64,000 bases of DNA from the NCBI GenBank assembly GCA_021781815.1, contig JAJXWB010000020.1, positions 4,497 to 68,496 of the forward strand, in the 5' to 3' direction. Position numbers and translations under genes: made by a program. Positions within the stretch are counted from its first letter, which is position 1; each line of letters begins with the position of its first letter. A model generated the notes under the pieces. That model was not told where the DNA came from, searched no databases, and saw only the letters and a program-made list of their open reading frames with translations. Positions 59,060 through 64,000 of the stretch are shown here, piece after piece. This DNA is from Pseudomonadota bacterium (GTDB lineage Bacteria; Pseudomonadota; Alphaproteobacteria; Rhizobiales; Beijerinckiaceae).

Positions 59060-61771
59060 ATGGGTACGCGGGCGTTGAGCCGAATCCTCTCGCCGAACTC
59101 GATCGCGCTGGTCGGCGCAAGCCCCCGTCCCGGCTCGACCGGCCTTGCGCTGTTCCAGAATATCATTGGCGCCGGCTTCAAGGGTGACATCTCGCTGGTC
59201 AATCCGCGCTACGCCGAACTGGACGGTCGGCCGTGCGTGCCTTGCATCGCCGACCTTCCCGCAACTCCGGACCTCGTCGTCGTGGCCGCGCCGTCGGAAC
59301 ATGCGCTTGAGCAGATCGAGGAAGCCGAAAAATCCGGCGTCGCCGGCGCGCTGGTGATGACGCGCGACCCCAGGGGCGACGAGGGAGAGCTGACGCAGGG
59401 GCTGAAGCGCATCGCGCGGCGCGGCAAGCTGCGGATCATCGGACCGGACTGCCTCGGCGTCATGATTCCGGCCGCCGGCCTCAACGCTTCGCTCTCGGCG
59501 CAGCAGGCGCCGCCCGGCGATCTGGCGTTGCTGTCGCAATCGGGCGCGATTGGCTCGGCCATGGTCGCCTGGGCGTGTACGCATCATGTCGGCTTTTCGG
59601 GACTGGTCTCGGCCGGCGAGATGGCCGATGTCGATTTCGGCGATCTGCTCGACTATTTCGCGCTCGATGTCTCGACCCGCGCCATCCTGCTCTACATCGA
59701 CCAGATGAACGATCCGCAGACCTTCATGTCGGCGGCCCGCGCCGCGGCGCGCGTGAAGCCTGTGATCGTCGCCAAATCCGGCCGTCACAAGCGCGGGCCG
59801 AAAGGTGGTTCCTCGGTCGCCAACATGGCCGGTCCCGATACGGTCTACGATGCAGCGTTCCGGCGCGCCGGCATCCTGCGCGTCGCCGACATCGACGAAT
59901 TGTTTGATGCGGCCGAGGCGCTCGGGCGCATCAAGCCGTTCCCAGGGCGGCGCCTCGCGATCATCTCGAACGGCGGCGGCCTCGGGCGGCTGGCGGCCGA
60001 CCGCCTGACCGACATGCGCGGCGAGCTTGCGCCGATGGAGCCGACGACGTGGGAGAAACTCGAAACGGTTCTTCCGCCCTCGACCCGGCGCGAGAATCCA
60101 CTCGATCTCGACGGCGACGCCGACCCGGAACGATTCAAGGCGACAATCGGCGCGGCGCTCGCCGATAAAACGACCGACGCCGTCATGGTCATGCACGCGC
60201 CCAACGCGCTGTCGCGCGCGACGGAGGCGGCGGAAGCGGTCGTCGTCAGCGTGAAGGAGGCGCGCAAGCGCGCCATAACGCCAAAACCCGTCTTTGCGGT
60301 CTGGTTCGGCGCGACGCCGGAGACGGACAAGATCTTCGAGGATGCGCGCATCCCGCACTACCAGACCGGCGGGGTCCGCGGCTTCATGCACATGGTGCGC
60401 TGGAACGAGGCGCGCGAGTTCATGATGAGCGCGCCGCCGAATTTGCCGACCGATTTCGAGCCGGACGTTGAGCGCGCACGCGCCGTCGTGCGGCAAGCGA
60501 TCGAGCGCGGCCATCGCTGGCTCGCGCCGATCGAAATGACGCGGCTGCTCGATTCCTACGATATTCCCGTGGCGCCCGCGCGTTTCGCGCGAACGCCCGA
60601 GGAGGCCGGCGAACTCGCGCGCCTGTTCATTGCGCGCGCGGGCGCCTGCGTCGTCAAGATCGTGTCGCGGGATATAGCGCATAAATCCGATATCGGCGGC
60701 GTGACGCTGGAATTGCGGACGCCCGACGCTGCGGTGGATGCGGCGCGCGAGATGATCGCGCGCATTTCGCGCGACCTTCCGCATGCGACGATCGAAGGCG
60801 TTACCGTGCATCCGATGATCCGGCGCCCGCACGGACGCGAGCTGATCGCCGGCATCGCCGACGATCCGACCTTTGGTCCCGTCATCGTGTTCGGTCGCGG
60901 CGGCAAGGCCGTCGAAATCATCGACGATCGGGCGCTGACGCTGCCGCCGCTCGACCTGTCGCTCGCGCATGACATGATCCGGCGCACGCGTGTCTCCAAC
61001 ATTCTCGAAGACTATCGCGATGTGCCGGCCGCCGACGTCGATGCGGTCGCGCTGACTCTGGTCAAGCTCGCGCAGCTCGCCGCCGACGTGCCCGAAGTAC
61101 GTGAACTCGACCTCAATCCGCTGCTCGCCGACGAACGCGGCGTGATGGTGGTCGATGCGCGCATCCGCGTCGAACCCGATCCGAAGCAACGGCCCGGCCA
61201 ACCGAACCGCCGCTTCGCCGTCGCCCCCTATCCGAAAGATCTGGAGACGACGCTTCGCCTGAAGGACGGCACGGTCGTGCAGGTGCGCCCGGTGCGGCCG
61301 GAAGACGAGGACATGTACCGTGCGTTTTTCGAGAAGGTGCCCCAGAACGATCTGCGCCTGCGCTTTTTTGCGCCGGTGAAGGCGTTCAGCCACGCCTTTC
61401 TCGCGCGCCTCACGCAGATCGACTACGCGCGCGCCTTTGCCGTCGCGGCGATCAGGGCCGACAATGGCGAAATGCTCGGCGGCGTGCGGCTGATGATGAA
61501 CGCGGACCGAACCGAGGGCGAATACGCCATCCTGCTCGGCTCGCAAGTGAAGGGACAGGGGCTCGGCTGGACGCTGATGAACCTGATGATCGAATATGGC
61601 CGCGCCATCGGCCTCGAACACGTCGAGGGGCAGGTTCTCTCGGAAAATGGGCCGATGCTGCAGATGTGCAAAGCGCTCGGATTCAAGCTGCGCGAATCGC
61701 GCGAGGAGCCAGGCGTGACGATCGTGACGCTGGACTTGCGGGCTGGCCCCGCAAACGTTCCCGCTGCATAA
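59060..61771 (+). CDS. bifunctional ADP-forming acetyl-CoA-synthetase-like / GNAT protein (Pat/YfiQ-type protein lysine acetyltransferase)
   Basis: 903 aa. The N-terminus has a CoA-binding domain (IALVGASPRPGSTG) and succinyl-CoA-synthetase-like and ATP-grasp regions. The C-terminal ~180 aa form a GNAT domain (QVKGQGLGWTLM). Confidence 0.85.
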   Translation: MGTRALSRILSPNSIALVGASPRPGSTGLALFQNIIGAGFKGDISLVNPRYAELDGRPCVPCIADLPATPDLVVVAAPSEHALEQIEEAEKSGVAGALVMTRDPRGDEGELTQGLKRIARRGKLRIIGPDCLGVMIPAAGLNASLSAQQAPPGDLALLSQSGAIGSAMVAWACTHHVGFSGLVSAGEMADVDFGDLLDYFALDVSTRAILLYIDQMNDPQTFMSAARAAARVKPVIVAKSGRHKRGPKGGSSVANMAGPDTVYDAAFRRAGILRVADIDELFDAAEALGRIKPFPGRRLAIISNGGGLGRLAADRLTDMRGELAPMEPTTWEKLETVLPPSTRRENPLDLDGDADPERFKATIGAALADKTTDAVMVMHAPNALSRATEAAEAVVVSVKEARKRAITPKPVFAVWFGATPETDKIFEDARIPHYQTGGVRGFMHMVRWNEAREFMMSAPPNLPTDFEPDVERARAVVRQAIERGHRWLAPIEMTRLLDSYDIPVAPARFARTPEEAGELARLFIARAGACVVKIVSRDIAHKSDIGGVTLELRTPDAAVDAAREMIARISRDLPHATIEGVTVHPMIRRPHGRELIAGIADDPTFGPVIVFGRGGKAVEIIDDRALTLPPLDLSLAHDMIRRTRVSNILEDYRDVPAADVDAVALTLVKLAQLAADVPEVRELDLNPLLADERGVMVVDARIRVEPDPKQRPGQPNRRFAVAPYPKDLETTLRLKDGTVVQVRPVRPEDEDMYRAFFEKVPQNDLRLRFFAPVKAFSHAFLARLTQIDYARAFAVAAIRADNGEMLGGVRLMMNADRTEGEYAILLGSQVKGQGLGWTLMNLMIEYGRAIGLEHVEGQVLSENGPMLQMCKALGFKLRESREEPGVTIVTLDLRAGPANVPAA

Positions 61772-61779
61772 GGGCGGCG

Positions 61780-64000
61780 CTATTCCGCCAGCACGCGCGT
61801 CGGCGGGAATACCACCTCGACCAGCGTTCCTTCGCCCTTGCGGCTTTTGATCGTGAAGGCGGCGCGGTTGGCTTCGACCAGCGCCTTCGTCAACGGCAGA
61901 CCGAGTCCGGTGCCCTCGACCTTGCGCGATGTCGCGACCTGACGGAACGGTTCGAGCGCGGTTTCGAGTTCGGAATCGGACATGCCGACGCCCGTATCCT
62001 TGATGCGTATGACGGCGTGGCCCGCATCGGTGAGCGCGGTCGAAACGATCGCCTGTCCGCCGGCCTCATTGAACTTCACCGCGTTCGACAGCAGGTTGAG
62101 CACGATCTGGCGCAAGGAGCGCTCGTCGGCGACGATATTCGGCAGGTTGGGCGCGAGCGAAAGACGCATCACAACGCGCTCCCGGCTCGCCTGCGGCTGC
62201 ATGATCGATACGCATTCAGCAACGATGGCGTTGGCGTCGACGCTGGTGAAAGTGAGATCGACCTTGCCCGCTTCGATCTTGGAGAGATCGAGAAGATCGT
62301 TGACCAGGCTCAGAACATGTTCGCCGGATTTGTGAATGTCGCGCATGTAGTCGCGATATCGGTCATTGCCGACGGGACCGAAGCGCTCGTCCATGATGAC
62401 TTCGGCGAAGCCAAGGATAGCGTTGAGCGGCGTGCGGATTTCGTGGCTCACCTTGGCAAGGAAATCCGACTTCAGCGCGCTGGCGCGTTCGGCGTCGCGG
62501 CGGGCGTCGCCGAGTTCGCGCTCGGCCCGCTTCCAGGCCGTGAGGTCGCGCAGAACGGCGCAGAATTTGGGCGTCGCGCCACTGCCGAGGCGCCCCAGTG
62601 TCATGAACACGGGGATCGCGCCGCCCTGGCGCGCCAGACCGATGATCTCGCGACCGTCGTTAAGCACACTTGCGACGCCGCCGGATTTCACGCCATCGAA
62701 ATAGCTGGCGACGACGTCCTGGCTTTCCCTTGAGACAAGCGTCGAGAAATGTTCGCCCGCGACCTCGTTCTGGTCGTAGCCGAACAGGGCTTCTCCCGAG
62801 CGGTTGAGCGAAAGGATGCGTCCCTCGGCATCGAGCACGGCGACGCCGTCGGTCGCCGTATCGAGGATGGCGTGCATTTCGCGCGCGTCCGCATCACGCT
62901 GACGCAACTCCAGCTCCAGCGCTTTGACGCGGGCGGAATCGCCATGGTCCTGTGCGCGGCGCAGCGTTACGAGGGTCGCGGGCTGTCCGTCCCATTCGAT
63001 CGCCTGCACGCGCGCATCGACCGGAATGAGTTCGCCGTCGCGCGCTTCGATCTGCGAGGCGCCGCTGTCAGGCGACCGGCCGTTGAACAGGCGATCCATG
63101 CCGCCGGCGGCGTGAAAGGCGTCGGCGTCGGCATAGTCAATCAGATCGAGCAATGTGCGATTGGCGTAGATCGGTACGTTGAAGCGGCTGATGACGATTC
63201 CTACCGGAAGACGGTCGAGCAGCGCGCGCGCGTTGTTGTCCGACGGTTCGCGCGCTGGCTCCGGGGACGATGCGACCGCCACGAGCGCCGGCGCATGCGC
63301 CGGTTCGTCGGCGCGGCCGAAGCGCGCCACCAGATCGATCAGATCCCGCGCGCGCCGGTTGACCGTCTCGGCGCGCCGGTCGTCCTGCTCCTGCGCGGGC
63401 GCTTCAGCCCCCAGCGCGCGCGCGATTTCATCGAAGGCGGATTTTTCGCCTGGCGACAGCGAGGGCGCAGCGGCCCGCGCACGCGACGGCTCGGCCGCCG
63501 GCCGCGGCGCCTGCTGGCGGCGCAACGGGACGATCTTGCCGAAGGCCGGCGCCGGTTCGTCATCTTGTTCGGGGGCGCCGTCGAGTTCGGGCGCGTCGCC
63601 CGCAACAGCCGCTTGGTCATGCGGTTTGTCGGGGGTCTGCGCCGCAGGCGCCCGGCCAGCGTCAACGACCGGAGCGCCGGTGTCGGTCACGGAGACAACC
63701 TGATCGGCGCCCCCCTCGTCGTTCGAGGACGGCGATGGTCCGGCGGGGCGTTCGGAGGGCGGCGGCGGCGCTTCCCCGCTCGCCGGCAGGACAGGCGCCG
63801 CCTCAACCGGCGCCATCCGCCCCGGATACAAGAGTCCGAAGCCACGGAATCCCAGAAAATTCTCCTCGGCGTCGAACGCCGGCGCAGCGCCAAGCGTCAC
63901 GGGCGCGCGCATCGCACCGTCGCCGACCGGCCACGCGACCTCGACGCCAGCCCATGTATCGCGCGTCGCCAACGCCGCGGCGAGGCGACCGCACGGATCG
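61780..64000 (-). CDS. PAS-domain sensor histidine kinase (DivJ/PleC/PdhS-like HisKA family), N-terminus off the right edge
   Basis: Has the H-box FLAKVSHEIRTPLNAILGFAEVI, the N-box LLSNAVKFN, G1 DTGVGM and G2 GTGLGLPL, plus PAS regions upstream of these. I read no stop between the TTG at 63972 and the window end in this frame, so the gene probably continues beyond 64000. There is no receiver domain. Confidence 0.9.
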   Translation of the reverse strand, partial: DPCGRLAAALATRDTWAGVEVAWPVGDGAMRAPVTLGAAPAFDAEENFLGFRGFGLLYPGRMAPVEAAPVLPASGEAPPPPSERPAGPSPSSNDEGGADQVVSVTDTGAPVVDAGRAPAAQTPDKPHDQAAVAGDAPELDGAPEQDDEPAPAFGKIVPLRRQQAPRPAAEPSRARAAAPSLSPGEKSAFDEIARALGAEAPAQEQDDRRAETVNRRARDLIDLVARFGRADEPAHAPALVAVASSPEPAREPSDNNARALLDRLPVGIVISRFNVPIYANRTLLDLIDYADADAFHAAGGMDRLFNGRSPDSGASQIEARDGELIPVDARVQAIEWDGQPATLVTLRRAQDHGDSARVKALELELRQRDADAREMHAILDTATDGVAVLDAEGRILSLNRSGEALFGYDQNEVAGEHFSTLVSRESQDVVASYFDGVKSGGVASVLNDGREIIGLARQGGAIPVFMTLGRLGSGATPKFCAVLRDLTAWKRAERELGDARRDAERASALKSDFLAKVSHEIRTPLNAILGFAEVIMDERFGPVGNDRYRDYMRDIHKSGEHVLSLVNDLLDLSKIEAGKVDLTFTSVDANAIVAECVSIMQPQASRERVVMRLSLAPNLPNIVADERSLRQIVLNLLSNAVKFNEAGGQAIVSTALTDAGHAVIRIKDTGVGMSDSELETALEPFRQVATSRKVEGTGLGLPLTKALVEANRAAFTIKSRKGEGTLVEVVFPPTRVLAE

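Noticed and set aside
58931-61621. 896-aa minus-strand ORF opposite the Pat gene
   Set aside because: The plus-strand product has coherent CoA-binding, ATP-grasp and GNAT architecture. The antisense product is Arg-rich low complexity.

Overview
This is a high-GC (roughly 62-70% by hand counts) alphaproteobacterial chromosome segment. GroEL, IleS, HisZ/HisG and a palindromic 'cgtcattgcgag' REP-like element suggest Hyphomicrobiales, possibly a Methylocystaceae/Beijerinckiaceae-like organism, but this is inference only. The window is densely packed core genome with about 58 protein genes. These include ileS-lspA, a pair of M16 peptidases, mutL, ohr, hisZ-hisG, hisS, groES-groEL with a CIRCE operator, glnK-amtB, rsmD-rluB, tadA and ribF. 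There is also a hydroxy-acid locus: a FadR-type regulator followed by glcDEF, divergent from lctP-lutABC. The remaining recognisable genes are two L,D-transpeptidases, a Pat-type ACS/GNAT acetyltransferase and a PAS histidine kinase that runs off the right edge. Many gene pairs are translationally coupled through ATGA/GTGA overlaps. I found no rRNA, tRNA, CRISPR, transposase, integrase, phage or recognisable defence genes. I do not see a convincing novel multi-gene system, and the window reads as ordinary housekeeping DNA. The items worth a second look are small:
- REP-like inverted repeats inside the glcDEF operon.
- A perfect 19-bp palindrome upstream of pat.
- An unannotated ORF with coding-like codon periodicity in the 650-bp gap upstream of groES.
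- A His/Arg/Cys-rich small exported protein overlapping an unrecognised gene that lacks a canonical start.
- A lower-GC OafA-like acyltransferase.
- A long Arg-rich tail on RluB.
- A divergent IHF-like paralog.
The very long Arg/Ala-rich ORFs in the track that overlap recognisable genes are off-frame or antisense artefacts of high GC.
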